Source: Mobula hypostoma
Taxonomy: Eukaryota
Assembly (NCBI RefSeq): GCF_963921235.1
Contig: NC_086097.1
Span: 167,154,001-167,218,000 of the forward strand
Length of the DNA stretch: 64,000 bases
Direction of reading: 5' to 3'
Notes under the pieces: model-generated
The model's database searches: none
What the model saw: the letters and a program-made list of their open reading frames with translations, nothing else
What the model was told of the DNA's origin: nothing
Position numbers and translations under genes: made by a program
Part shown: positions 50,149-62,751 of the stretch, piece after piece
Layout of the letters: every line of letters begins with the position of its first letter
How positions within the stretch are numbered: the first letter of the stretch is position 1

Positions 50149-52039
50149 AAATGTACTTCAGATTTTGAATTCCATATGCCGGAAATCTGAAATAAAAGAG
50201 AAAAGCATCTGTGGAGGGAGAAAGAATTCATGATTCACATCAGGAGACTTTACTATAACTTGGAAAGAGGGAAAATGTTGTCTGATATGGGTTGTTGAGA
50301 TGGATTCACTGGATATTTCAAAGAAACTGTCACAAAATGGTAAATTACTAGTTTTCCACTCACAAGTCAACATGAGCCAGGATAAACTTAATTAAAGGGC
50401 AAAACATTATCTTTATTTCATACTAACAGCATCTGCAAAGTCCTGGAAACACTATGCAAGGCAGGTAATGCTTGTGGAGGAGGGAGAAGCAGAGTTAATA
50501 TTTCAGCTGAATGAGCTTTTAAAAGTCCCGGAACCAGGACTTTATCTGTCAGACTGAAACATAACATGGAACATTGAATAGTTACAGCTTGATAAACTGG
50601 TCTATTATTGTAGTGAGGTATAGTGAGAAAATTTTTGCATGCCCTTTATTTCATCATATCGGTGCACTGAGGCAGCACAAAGGAGAAGCAATGGCAGAGT
50701 GCAGGATACAGTGCTAGCCTGGTTGGATTAACGGACTGCACAGGCAAGGATCATGTTCAGGCAGTAGAGATGGTGTTTAATTCAGTATCATGTTCAATGG
50801 GCATATTCCTCTGGTGTACTGTTCTCTGCTCTAACCTCATGTTAAGGGCAGGTAATGTGCTCAGTGAAAAGTGATTCTCTGATGCAACACAAAATTAAAC
50901 GAATGAGCAGCTCAAGGCATATTTGAGGAACATGGAAACAAAATGTGAAAGAGACGCTAATAAATCAGATAATGCTGATCTGCCTTGAGAATTGCGACCA
51001 ACTATCCTCCAACCTGGAGTTTATCCTCCAAACAAACTCTGATCAGGAAGTTAATCTAGAATAATCAGAACCATGTTTATTATCACAAATGTATAGTACA
51101 TCATGAAATTTGTTGGTTTGTGGCAGCAGTACAGGTGAAGAGATAAAAATTACAAAAATACAAAGAAATAAACAGTGCAAGAAAAGAGGAATACCGAGGT
51201 AACGTTCATGGACTTTCAGAAATCTGATGACAGAGGGCAAAAGCTATTTCTAAAACTCTTGGATGCTGAGGGACCTTAATAATGAATGCCACCTTCCTGA
51301 GTAACCGCCCCCCTGAAGATGGTGGGGGAAGAGTTGTGCTCGTGATGGAGCTGGCAGCCTCTTTCAGTCCCTCATATTGCAGCCTCCATTACAGGTGGTG
51401 ACGCAGCCAGTCAGAATGCTCCCTGAAGAAATTTGATAAGTCTTTGGTGTCACATTTTTGCAAAATTGATGGAAATAAAAGCTGAAGACCTACTGACACA
51501 TTGTCACCTAATTTACCTCATGAATTTATAGTCCAGCCCCTACTTCACACTCTCAAGCCTAGAAGGTGGCTCAGTTAATGCCTAAAGCAGCACAGGATGC
51601 TTCAATTTCAATTTCATCAAGCAAGAATCACTCTAGAGATCACAGCATTCTCAAACTGGACCAGGCATTCTTGGTTATAAACCACACCATGTTCCTATCA
51701 TTTACAGGTTTCAGGCCCACACCAAACATCACTATTCATGCGTAGATTTTAGCCACTATCTGCAGCGTGAGAGCAGTAACAAGGTTACTCTTCAATAATG
51801 ATGAGAAGGCCTCCACTAAAAATCACTAAAAGCAACTTCAACTTAATCGGTTTGTATTGACTATAAACAGGACAATGACCTATCATAATAGTGACTCGAG
51901 TAAAATTCTAACAGTAGAAAAAACAAAACAATTTTATGAAATAATTAAAATTAACTTAATTCCTGGCAATTTCACATGTTCAAATGAATCCTGTCAATAA
52001 ATCCTCCTCTTACTCAAAAAGATAGCTTTTTTTCCTCAG

Positions 52040-52465
52040 CAAACATGAGAAAATCTGCAGATGCTGGAATTTCAAGCAACACACATAAAAGTTGCTGGTG
52101 AACGCAGCAGGCCAGGCAGCATCTATGGGAAAAGGTACAGTCAACGTTTCGGGCTGAGACCCTTCGTCAGGACTAACTGAAGGAAGAGTGAGTAAGGGAT
52201 TTGAAAGTGGGAGGGGGAGGGAGAGATCCAAAATGATAGGAGAAGACAGGAGGGGGAGGGATAGAACCAAGAGCTGGACAGGTGATTGGCAAAATGGATA
52301 GGAGAGGATCATGGGACAGGAGGTCCGGGAAGAAAGACAAGGGGGAGGGGGGAAGCCCAGAGGATGGGCAAGGAGTATAGTGAGAGGGACAGAGGGAGAA
52401 AAAGGAGAGAGAGAAAAAGAAAATATATATAATGAATAAATAAATAACGGATGGGGTACAAGGGG
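52040..52465 (-). mobile_element. PLE pLTR/3' UTR copy
   Basis: Near-identical to the reverse complement of 8105-8531; contains a hammerhead motif. Confidence 0.88.
52139..52174 (-). ncRNA. Minimal type I hammerhead ribozyme motif (PLE-associated)
   Basis: Minus strand AGTC-CTGACGA-AGGGTCTCAGCCC-GAAA-CGTT-GACT: stem I AGUC/GACU, CUGANGA and GAAA cores, palindromic ACGU stem III and a GUU cleavage triplet. Confidence 0.65.
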
Positions 52466-54293
52466 TCAAATGTTCATGAGACAACAGCTTAATTGCCTGT
52501 GTAACATTAACCTAGCTACACCAGAAACATAAGTGCCACCTCAGAATCTACAAACCTGCAGTGGAAGCAAGTCACCCTCTGATCCAAGACACTGTCTCAG
52601 ACCAAGCGAAAAAATGTTAAATTTTTATCCAAGAATCCTTCTAAGGCATAGTCTTCGCTGCTACAGTCAGGACCACAAGGTGTATCATGCTTTTATTGTA
52701 AAGCTTTAAATGGTCTCAACATAATCAGAGTAAATCTTTCACTGTGGTGGGTTGTTAATTACTTGGAGATGAGTATCACTTTAGTACAGCTGCAGTTCCA
52801 AACCTTTATCCTAGCACTTTGTAAGTTGTGCAAATAGTAAATGACAGGCTTCAAACACGCACACACAAAATGTCCTTTCCTAGATTCTGTCTTTATAAAT
52901 GCCTGCCTGCATATAATTTTTCAACAAAGGACTACTGCAGTCAATCAACGAGTTCTATACCATAATATATTTTCCATACACTGAGAAGGCAGCTGTTGAC
53001 TGCATCTTTATGAAGGTATCAAATGAATCAACAGAAGTTGTAATACAATGCAGTAACTAAGCAACCTACACAGTTTGACATCAGTTAACATCACACCTCA
53101 TAATTTCGATTTTGGTTTGTATGGAAAGTCTAAGGCTGAGCATTAGCCATCCTTCTGACAGTGTGGGTGGGAAGAAATGCTGTTCCACAAACTATTACCA
53201 CGTACAGCTCACCTGATGCAACCTTCAGGTCAGTCTGTGAACAGGTGATCAGCCCGGCCACTTGTTAAAAGCAAATCAGGCCACTTAATCTAACTGCAGA
53301 TCCACAAACTGACGATCTTCAGTTACATCACATGGGAATGGAAGAGCCAGGCATGGATTCCCATTTGTGTCGGGTTGGGCTGACCCTTTCAAGAGCTCCC
53401 TTAAATATTCTCATTCCGCATAAAAGATTGGGGAACTCATCCTTGGAAGTTATGTACAGAACTGTGGATGCTGCAGATCAGACACAAACAGAGAAAAATT
53501 ACTAAAAATGTTCATCAGGTAAGTCAGCATTCATGGAGAAAGGGACTGGGTTAACAGGGCCAGTTGATGACTTCCCAGCAGAACATTTCATGAAAGCATA
53601 GACCCCAGCGGTTATTCTGTTTCACTTTCTACAGGTATTACCTGACCTGTCAAGCATTACCAACATTTACAAAGTCATCCTGCATCAAGCACAGAGGAAA
53701 ATCAGTCAAATTAAATTTTGCATGCAGAAGATGCTGCAGATTCTGGAATATGGAGTAACAGATAATCCGCTGGTAGAAATGAGCAGGTCAAGCAGCATCT
53801 GTGGGAGGAACTGCTGATGTTGGGACCAAAACCCTGTATGACGACTGAGAGTGGAGACATGATAATCAGTATGGGTAGAAGGGGAACATGAGAAAGGAGT
53901 CCAAGGTAACTGGGGAATTGAGAGGGATGTACAACGTTAAATTATGCTCCGGTCTCTGCAAAATTGTCCTTTAAAAATGACACAAAACAGGAAAATTTGT
54001 AAGCACTTGGCAATGCAATCTATGGGTGAGAAATTATGTCTCCTAGGGCGATCTTGAGCTTCTAGTTATCAGCCACTTCAAAGCTCTACCTCACCTCCAT
54101 TCTGACTTCCCTCTTCAGCCTCCTCATTACTCTGCTGCCTAACTTAGGCTCGAAAACAGCACCATTTCATCTATCTAGACACATTACAGAATTTAAAACA
54201 AAATAAATAAATTAGGAAATTACAATTTTTTCCCTTTCTCCACAAATGTGGTCAAACCTTCTCCATTAAAATTTACTTCTTTATTCTCTAAAT

Positions 54294-54372
54294 CAGGGTT
54301 CCCAACCTGGAGTACACAGACCTCTTGGTTAATGGTAGGGGTCCAAGTCATAAAAAAGTTTGGGAACCCCTG
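54294..54372. mobile_element. 79-bp hAT MITE
   Basis: CAGGGTTCCCAACC ... GTTTGGGAACCCCTG, with a near-perfect 8-bp TSD CTCTAAAT / CTCTAAAC. Confidence 0.8.
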
Positions 54373-54844
54373 CTCTAAACTCTAGATTTGGAAGCAACTG
54401 ATCTCTTTGAACACTTTTGGTCTGTCATATTCAGCTTCCTCCCACATCTCAAAGACGTGTACATTGTTACATTAATCAGCCCTACCAACTGCCCTTGTTG
54501 TAGGGTCTTTAGGTTTTGATGGGAAGGTGAGAAGAGGTTATAACTAAATAGAAAATGGGATTGATCAGTAAGCTAGCAAACTTCTGATGGGCCAAAGCAG
54601 CCTCCTTCTATGCCATTAGGAAACATGAGCTAAATAGGATTGTAAGTATGGTTTTGAATTTCTATTATAAGTGTCAGACATGACCTTATAATTTATTATT
54701 AAAATGTCTGGCAGAAAATGGAAATTCTGAATTAATTGTGTTAAGACCCTGATTTTCCAAGTTAAATCTCCATGTCTTCCAAAAATGGGCTTGTTAATTG
54801 AAAATAAAATTACAAACTTAATTCAAATGGGATTATTTGGCAAG

Positions 54845-56588
54845 CAAAGTGAAAATAAATCCAAAGGGTTTCTACGGTTATGTTAGTGGCAAAAGGATAG
54901 TGAGGGATAAAATTGGTCCCTTGGGAGAATCAGAGTGGACGGCTATGTGTGGAGCCAAAAGGCGGGGGGGGGGCAGATTTTGAACAATTTCTTTTCTTTG
55001 GTATTCACTAAGGAGAAGGATATTGAATTGTGTAAGGTAAAGGAAACACGTAGGGTAGTTATGGAAAGTATGACAATTAAAGAAGAGGAAGTACTGGCAC
55101 TTTTAAGAAACATAAAAGTGGGTAGGTCTCTGGGTCCAGACAAGATATTCCCTAGGACTTTGAGGGAAGTTAGTGTAGAAATAGCAGGGGCACTGACACA
55201 AATATTTCAAATGTCATTAGAAACAGAAATGGTGCCGGAGGATTACCGTATTGCTCATGTAGAGATGGTATATATAATTTTCTGGATAGACAGGGTCTGA
55301 TTAGGAACAGTCAACATGGATTTGTGCGTGCAAGGTCATGTTTGACAAATCTTATTGAATTTTTTGAAGAGGTTACTAAGAAAGTTGACGAGGGTAAAAC
55401 GGTGGATGTTGTCTATATGAACTTCAGTAACGCCTTAGACAAGGTTCCACACGGAAGGTTAGTTAGGAAGGTTCAATCGTTAGGCATTAATATCGAAGTA
55501 GTAAAATGGATTCAGCAGTGGCTAGATGAGAGACACCAGAGAGTAGTGGTGGATAACTGTGTGTCAGATTGGAGGACGGTGTGTAGCGGTGTGCCTCAGG
55601 GATCTGTACTGGGTCCAATGTTGTTTGTCATATATATATATATATCAATGATCTGGATGATGGGGTGGTAAATTGGATTAGTAAGTATTTAGAGGGTGTT
55701 GTGGATGATGAGGTAGGTTTTCAAAACTTGCAGAGAGATTTAGGGCAGTTAGAAGAGTGGGCTGAAAGATGGCAGATGGAGTTTAATGCTGAAAAATGTG
55801 AGGTGATACATTTTGGTAGAACTAATCAAAATAGGACATACATGGTAAATGGTAGGGCATTAAAGAATGCTTTAGAACAGAGGGATCTAGGAATAATGGT
55901 GCATAGTTCCCTGAAGGTGGAATCTCATGTGGATAGGGTGATGAAGAAAGCTTTTGGTTTGCTGGCCTTTATTAATCAGAGCATTGAGTATAGGAGTTGG
56001 GATGTAATGTTGAATTTGTATAGGGCATTGGTAAGGCCAAATCTGGAGTATTGTGTACAGTTCTGGTCACCAAATTCTAGGAAAGGTGTCAATAAAATTG
56101 AGAGAGTACAAAGGAGGTTTACTAAGATGTGCCTGGGTTTGATCTCCTAAGTTACAGAGAAAGGTTGAACAAGTTAGGTCTTTATTCTTTGGAGTGTAGA
56201 AGGTTGAGGGGAAACTTGATAGAGGTGTTTAAAATTATGAGGGGGATTGATAAGAGTTGACGTGGTTAGACTTTTTCCATTGAGAGTGGGGAAGATACAA
56301 ACAAGAGGACATGGGTTGAGAATTAGAGGACAAAAGTTTAGGGGTAACATGAGGGGGAACTTCTCTACTCAGAGAGCGGTAGCTGTGTGGAACGAGCTTC
56401 CAGCAGAAGTGGTTGAGGCAGGTTCGATGTTGTCGTTTAAAGTTAAATTGGATAGATATATGGACAGGAAAGGAATGGAGGGTTATGGGCTGAGTGCAGG
56501 TCGGTGGGCCTAGGATAGGGTAAGAGTTCGGTGCAGACTAGAAGGGCCGAGATGGCCTGTTTCCCTGCTGTAGTTGTTATATGGTTAT
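54845..56588 (+). mobile_element. CR1 LINE, 5'-truncated, RT and complete 3' end
   Basis: ORFs 54935..55300, 55324..55671, 55665..56150 and 56247..56513 (SCLTNLIEFFEEVT, DKVPH, GVPQGSVLGP, RPNLEYCVQFWSP, TRGHGL). gttatatggttata tail. Confidence 0.92.
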
Positions 56589-57948
56589 ACGGGATCCAAG
56601 ACACATAAGCCTGAAAGCATGTACTACCCTGCTCAAGGACAGCTTCTATCGTGCTATTAAAAGACTACTGAACAATCCACTAGCACGATACAGATGGACT
56701 CTTGGCCTCACAATCTACTTCATTATAGTCTTACACTTTGCCATTTGCCTGCACTGCACCTTCTCTGCAACTGTGACATTTGATTCTGCATTCTGTTGTT
56801 GCTTTTCCCCTCTACTGCTATGATGAAATGATCTGTACAGATGGCATTGTGACAATAATAAAACTATTTGGCAAAACTGGTTGAAAACAAGTCACTTACA
56901 ACGTGACCAGCCAGTAAATATATCAGGGTTGGCTCCTTGATAAAGCTCCTGCCAGAAAAGTTAATTGCAAATGATTACATTCATTTAATATCCCTCTTTT
57001 TCCTTTGATCCCAACATCCACAGCTGGCTTGCACACGCCTTTATTCCCTTGTTGCTTTCTCAACTCACTAATTTCTGTACCTCACAACCTTTATATCTGA
57101 GAAAATGATCTCAAACGTACAATCGCCAAAAATTCTGACTCTAATATTGCTCTCAACAAGTTGACATGACCTTAGCACCACAAACATCATTTAGTTAGTT
57201 TTGATTTTCTCATCAGTCTATAGAGAGGCACCTATTCTTCCAGTCACCTGGAACACATTTCAGTGAAGCTCATGAATCGGAAACAATACTCGGCTTCCAT
57301 CTTGGCCCAGTGAGAATTTCCAGTATTTTTTGCTTTTATTTTACATTTCCAACATCTGGGTGTGCTTCCTTTTGCTTTGGAATAAACAAGAGTATATTAA
57401 ATAACATTATTTGGCACAGAAAGTGTGCCAAATGCATGCTTCAGGATGCTGGTGCTGGGAAATGTGAACACTTGGTCTGCTTTTAACAGCCAACTGAAAA
57501 GTAAGTAGTGAAAAGGGAGGATTTTGAAGGGATGGCAATGGTTGCATCTCTCCAGTGCTTTGAGGTGCCAACAGTTGGCCTGCGAACACAGAGAGGGATA
57601 TCGAAAGCCAGAGAGCTTTTCTACCCAGTAGACCAGGAGTTCCAAGTGTGAATCCTTGATCATCAAATAACTGTACACTCAATTAACTGAAGGCTGTGCT
57701 GGCACATTCTACCCAGTATCTACTTTGCTAAGAGCTGGCTCTCAAGATTAAAGAAAAATTGGTCCATGTGTTTCCAAGTTCTCATCATGAAACATAGAGC
57801 AGTGTTGTGCAAGGGGAGGGCAAGAGCACAATTTTGGTATACGTCAAATCCTCTAGTTTCTAGCATCACTGCACTCTAGCTTCAGTGAGGTGGTCAACAA
57901 TGGCTTGGAGCTTCATCCACACACTGTGACTCGACCAACGGGGATCCT

Positions 57949-58119
57949 GGTCTTCTCCTATCATTTTGGATCTCCCCCTCCCCCTCCAACTTTCAAATCC
58001 CTTACTCACTCTTCCTTCAGTTAGTCCTGACGAAGGGTCTCGGCCTGAAACGTCGACTGCACCTCTTCCTATAGATGCTGCTTGGCCTGCTGCGTTCACC
58101 AGCAACTTTGATGTATGTT
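57949..58119 (+). mobile_element. ~170-bp PLE pLTR-only insertion
   Basis: Matches the PLE 3' end at 8328-8495. Flanked by the 9-bp direct repeat GGGGATCCT (57940-57948, 58120-58128). Confidence 0.85.
58023..58058 (+). ncRNA. Minimal type I hammerhead ribozyme motif, best-preserved copy
   Basis: AGTC-CTGACGA-AGG(GTCTCGG)CCT-GAAA-CGTC-GACT: stem I AGUC/GACU, intact CUGACGA and GAAA, stem II AGG/CCU and palindromic ACGU. The GUC triplet predicts a cut after 58054. Confidence 0.75.
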
Positions 58120-58726
58120 GGGGATCCTTTAATCTTAGTTCTGTGTGTGGTCACTCGGGATTAAACATTCATTGTAAAGATTAGCTCCACAACCAAAGGA
58201 AACTTGTTGGAGATGAGGAGAAACATTATAGCAAGTAAGAACTGAGAAAAGTGTTGGGGCAATAATGCAGTCTTGTTTGGCACTGCTCTTAAAGTTATAG
58301 AGAAATACAGCATGGAAGCATGTCCCATATCCTTCTTAATAGAGAAACTGGTTTATTGATTTTACATACGCCCGGGTACAGTGAAAAACGTTGTTTTGCA
58401 TGCTATCCATACAGATCATTTACAGACAAAGTGATCCAAACACCCAAAGCATTTCCTCTCTATATACCTATCCAAATGTCCTCAAAATCTCTTCAATAAC
58501 ATCAATTCAATTGCAGGCACGTTGGTTAACATTCTAGTGTGCATGTTTTTGGGATCAAGGTAACCCCTTATAATTACTATTAGGTTAGATCTGAAAGTTA
58601 TTCTTTCAACCATAAAGTAACCATAGCTACTCATAACCGAATTGTAAATTCAGTCTTCACAAACTGATTAACAATTTCATTGCAATCAGCAGGCACTGGC
58701 AATCTTAATTCACCCATCTCATAGTC

Positions 58727-58917
58727 GAGGGGTCAGCAACCTTTTTGCCTCTGTGGGCCGGATCGCATATTAATGAGCGGACAGTGGGCTAGATAAATGC
58801 CATAAAAAACTTTAAATATGGGAATTAGCCATTTAAATACATCTAGTTAGGTTTTACCTCAAATTAATGAATAATGCATGCTAGAAAATCATTTGTGCTT
58901 AAGGTTGCCTACCCCTG
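58727..58917. mobile_element. hAT MITE
   Basis: GAGGGGTCAGCAACC ... GGTTGCCTACCCCTG with an exact 8-bp TSD TCATAGTC (58719-58726, 58918-58925). Confidence 0.88.
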
Positions 58918-59679
58918 TCATAGTCATTGGACAGTGAGCAAAAAGGAAAAAAAATAGTTTCAGTCAGATTTAATACCCAGCTCTTATTGAAACACCCTGT
59001 TAAAATAGTATTTTTTTTTGTAGAGTCTTAAGATATTTTGAGGTTCACTGAATCATGAGTATGTCTTGTGTGTGTTTAAATAGAATTTTGGAATTAGGTT
59101 CAAATCAAATCCATGCCTACAGAAACAAAAATTGTAAGCTTTTGTGCATCTGCTGCTATTTTGTAGTTGTACTGTGAAGGACTATCTTTAGAGTTTGGGC
59201 AGTCGCTTGCCTGGCATCCAACCAAAAGCAAATTCAAACTTGTCATCCCACAACTACCTGTCAGTTAAGCTAATTTGTTTGGTTGGGCTGCTCACAGTCA
59301 AATTATTGCATGGAATGCCATGTGGAGACAAGATGTTTGGATGTCAGTGGGAGGAAGCAGTAAGAATCTCTCTCCTCCTCCTCCTCTGTGTGTGACTTGT
59401 AACTTTTGTTCGCTGGTCAAGCAGCCACAGAAAGTGGGAGCAGAGGTGGATTTTGACAGCAATGCAAGACGCAAGAGCTAAAAAGTCAGCAAAATAAACA
59501 AATTGCTGGAGGAACTCAGCATGTTAAGTGGTGGAGAGAAATGGACAGTCAACCTTTCAGGTCTGCACGCTCTTCCTCCTCCAAACTTAGTCTCCAAATA
59601 CTTGTTAGCTTTTGCCAGCTTGCCATAACTGAAGACTTTTGAACACATTTTTAACCATTTCTGACAGACATGGAGGTAT

Positions 59680-60200
59680 ACAGCTTTAACCACATGGAAA
59701 CAGGCCCTTCAGGGCAACTGGTCCATGCGGACCAAGATGCCCATCTTAGCAAGTCCAAGTTGCCTGTGTTTGGCCCACATGCCTCCAGACCCTTCCTATC
59801 CACATACCTGTCTGAGTGTCTATTAAATGTTGTTATTGTGCCTACCTCAAAAACTTTGTATCGCAGTTTGTTCCACATATACATTACCTGCTGCTTGAAC
59901 AAATTACACTTCAGGTCCTCTTTAAATCATTCCCCTCTCATCTTAAACCCATGCCCTCTAGCTTATTTTAAAATTCTCTTTCCCTCTGTAAAGTCACATC
60001 TCAGTCTCCTATACTCCAATGTATAAAGTTCTTGCCTGCCCAACCTCTCCATAGCACCTTGGCTCTCTAGTTCTGGCAATGTTCTCATAAAACTTCTTTG
60101 CCCAGCTTAATGACATCTTTCCTATAACAGAAGCTACCAAAACTACACAATACTCCAAGTGCTGCCTCACCATCATCTTGTACAATTGCCGAGTCACAAC
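59680..60200 (-). mobile_element. Decayed CR1 3' fragment
   Basis: Minus-strand LYKMMVRQHLEYCV and WNKL...DRYVDRKGLE segments plus a CR1 3' UTR. Confidence 0.7.
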
Positions 60201-60577
60201 TTTATACTCAGATCCACAGATGTACTGAGTTCCCCCAGCAGATTCTGTGTTGCATTAGATTTCAGCATCTGCAGTCTCCCGTGTCTCCTATTCTCAACGC
60301 CCCGACTGAAAGCCAGTGAACTAAGCACCTTCTTCACCCTGCCTACCTGCTATTTCACTTCCAGGGATCTGCATTGGTATAGGTACTTCTCAATCCTTCT
60401 TTTCTGCAACACTCCTGAGAGTATAACCCCCTTCAGTGTACAAGTCCTGCCCTGGTCAGGAACACTTAAAATTGAGTCAACTAGGTCATGGTGTCTGAGA
60501 GGAATACAGCACCAAAACAGGCCCTTCAGCCATGTCAAACTCTTTGCCCATCTATTCTAATCACATTTGCAGCACGT

Positions 60578-61840
60578 CAGAATCGGGTGTATTATCACTG
60601 GCATGTGATGTGAAATTTGTTAACTTAGCAGCAGCAGTTCAATGCAATACATAATCTAGCAGAGAGAGGAAAACAAAAATAAAATAAAACATAATAATAA
60701 GTAAATCAGTTACATATATTGAATAGATTTTTTTAATGTGCAAAAACAGAAATACTGTATATTAAAAAAAGTGAGGTAGTGTCCAAAGCTTCAATATCCA
60801 CTTGGGAATTGGATGGCAGAGGGGAAGAAGCTGTTCCTGAATCACTGAGTGTGTACTTTCAGGCTTCTGCATCTCCTACCTGATGGTAACAGTGAGAAAA
60901 GGGCATGCGCTGGGTGCTGGAGGTACTTAATAATGGACGCTGCCTTTCTGAGACACTGCGCCCTAAAGATGTCCTGGGTACATTGTAGGCTAGTGCCAAA
61001 GATGCAGTTGACTAGATTTATAATCTTCACACGAGGAAATCTGCAAATGCTGGAATTTCAAGAAACACACATAAAAGTTGCTGGTGAATGCAGCAGGCCA
61101 GGCAGCATCGCTAGGAAGATTTTTCGTCTCACTGACGTTGAGTGCCAGGTTGTTGCTGCGGCACCACTCCACTAGTTGGCATATTTCACTCCTGTCACCA
61201 TCTGAGATTCTACCAACAATGGTTGTATCGTCAGCAAATTTGTAGATGGTATTTGAGCTATGCCTAGCCAAACAGTCATGTACATATAGAGAGTAGAGCA
61301 GTGGGCTAAGCACACACCCCTGAAGTGCTCCAGTGTTGATCGTCAGCAAGGAGGATATGTCATCACCAATCCGCACAGACTGGTCTTGCGGTTAGGAAGT
61401 CGAGGATCCAACTGCAGAGGGAGGTACAGAGGCCCAGGTGCCCAGGTTCTGCAACTTCTCAATCAGGATCGTGGGAATGATGGTATTAAATGCTGAGCTA
61501 TAGTCGATGAACAGCATCCTGACGTAGGTGTTAGTGTTGTCTAGGTGGTCTAAAGCTTTATGGAGAGCCATTGAGATTGCATCTGCCATTGACCTATTAT
61601 GATAATAGGCAAATTACACTGGGTCCAGGTCCTTGCTGAGGCAGGAGTTCAGTCTAGTCATAACCAACCTCTCAAAGCATTTCATCACTGTCGATGTGAG
61701 TGCTACCGGGCAATAGTCATTAAGGCAGCCCACATTATTCTTCTTAGGCACTGGTATAATTGTTGCCTTTTTGAAGCAAGTGGGAACTTCTGCCTGTAGC
61801 AGTGAAAGATTGAAAATGTCCTTGAATACTCCCGCTAGTT
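60578..61840 (-). mobile_element. Rex1/Babar retrotransposon with a PLE tail fragment at ~61028-61117
   Basis: [32 protein letters not shown], NTGAxQGCVLSPLLYSLY, KFADDTTIVG and LFSLLPSGRR. Confidence 0.9.
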
Positions 61841-62059
61841 ATGTCAGTATCCTTCTATGTCTTGCCTCTGAACTACCTGTCTAAATGCCTCTTAAACATA
61901 GTAATTGTATCTGGTTCTACTACCTCCTCAGATAGAGTCCCAGAGATCAAGCACTCCATGTAAATACACTTCCCACTCAGATACATCTTAAAACCCCCTC
62001 TTCACACCTTGTACCCATCCTTCTATTACCTGAAAAAAAATCATTAAAATAATGTAAAA

Positions 62060-62751
62060 TGTAAGGGGGTTTCATCTTTTATGTTACTGTGTAGGCTAAT
62101 TAAAATGGCTTCTTTGTTATGTTATACTTAGGAATGCTTCTTTGTTATGTTAAACACTGAGAAAGTCCTTCCCGCTAGCAGTTTGTTTTGTACTAGCTAT
62201 TGATATGAGGACGAATAACCAATTGGGATAGTTGTTATGGTCTTGGTGTATTTGAAGGTATTGTATGCGCGGGGTTTTGGGGAGAAGGCGGGAGAGAGGG
62301 ACAGAGGATGAACCAGGTGCTGTGAGTCCGCTACCGGGGTCGGACCCCGAGGAGGGCGTTCGGCGAGGAGACGGAGACGGACTCGTGTGGAGCGTCTGGT
62401 TGACCACCGTTGTTGGTCCCGGGCGGCCGGTCGAGGTGGTCCGAGGGGTCGCAGGGTGAAGAAGAAGGATCCCGAGCTCCAACTTTTCTGTGCACGAAGA
62501 GACTGAACTTTGATAAGTGTGGCACCTTTTATTTTCCTTTTATATTTTATTCTCTATTAATTATATAGTTCCAGTAATATCTATAAACTGTAAATCATTT
62601 AATCGTATCTGGTGTATTGTCTGTTATCTGGGCAGGAAGGGGTACATCACACAGCATCTACACAAACTAATTACCCAGTTTGCCGGGGCCGAGGGCTGTT
62701 TCCCTAGACGACAGCGAGCCGAGCGACCCTGAAGCTGGCCGGGGGACTACA
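62060..62751. mobile_element. Solo LTR (Gypsy/Ty3-like), 692 bp
   Basis: Begins TGTAAG and ends CTACA (TG...CA with a short terminal inverted repeat). 4-bp TSD AAAA on both sides, CpG-rich core, and no PBS/PPT or internal ORF adjacent. Confidence 0.75.
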
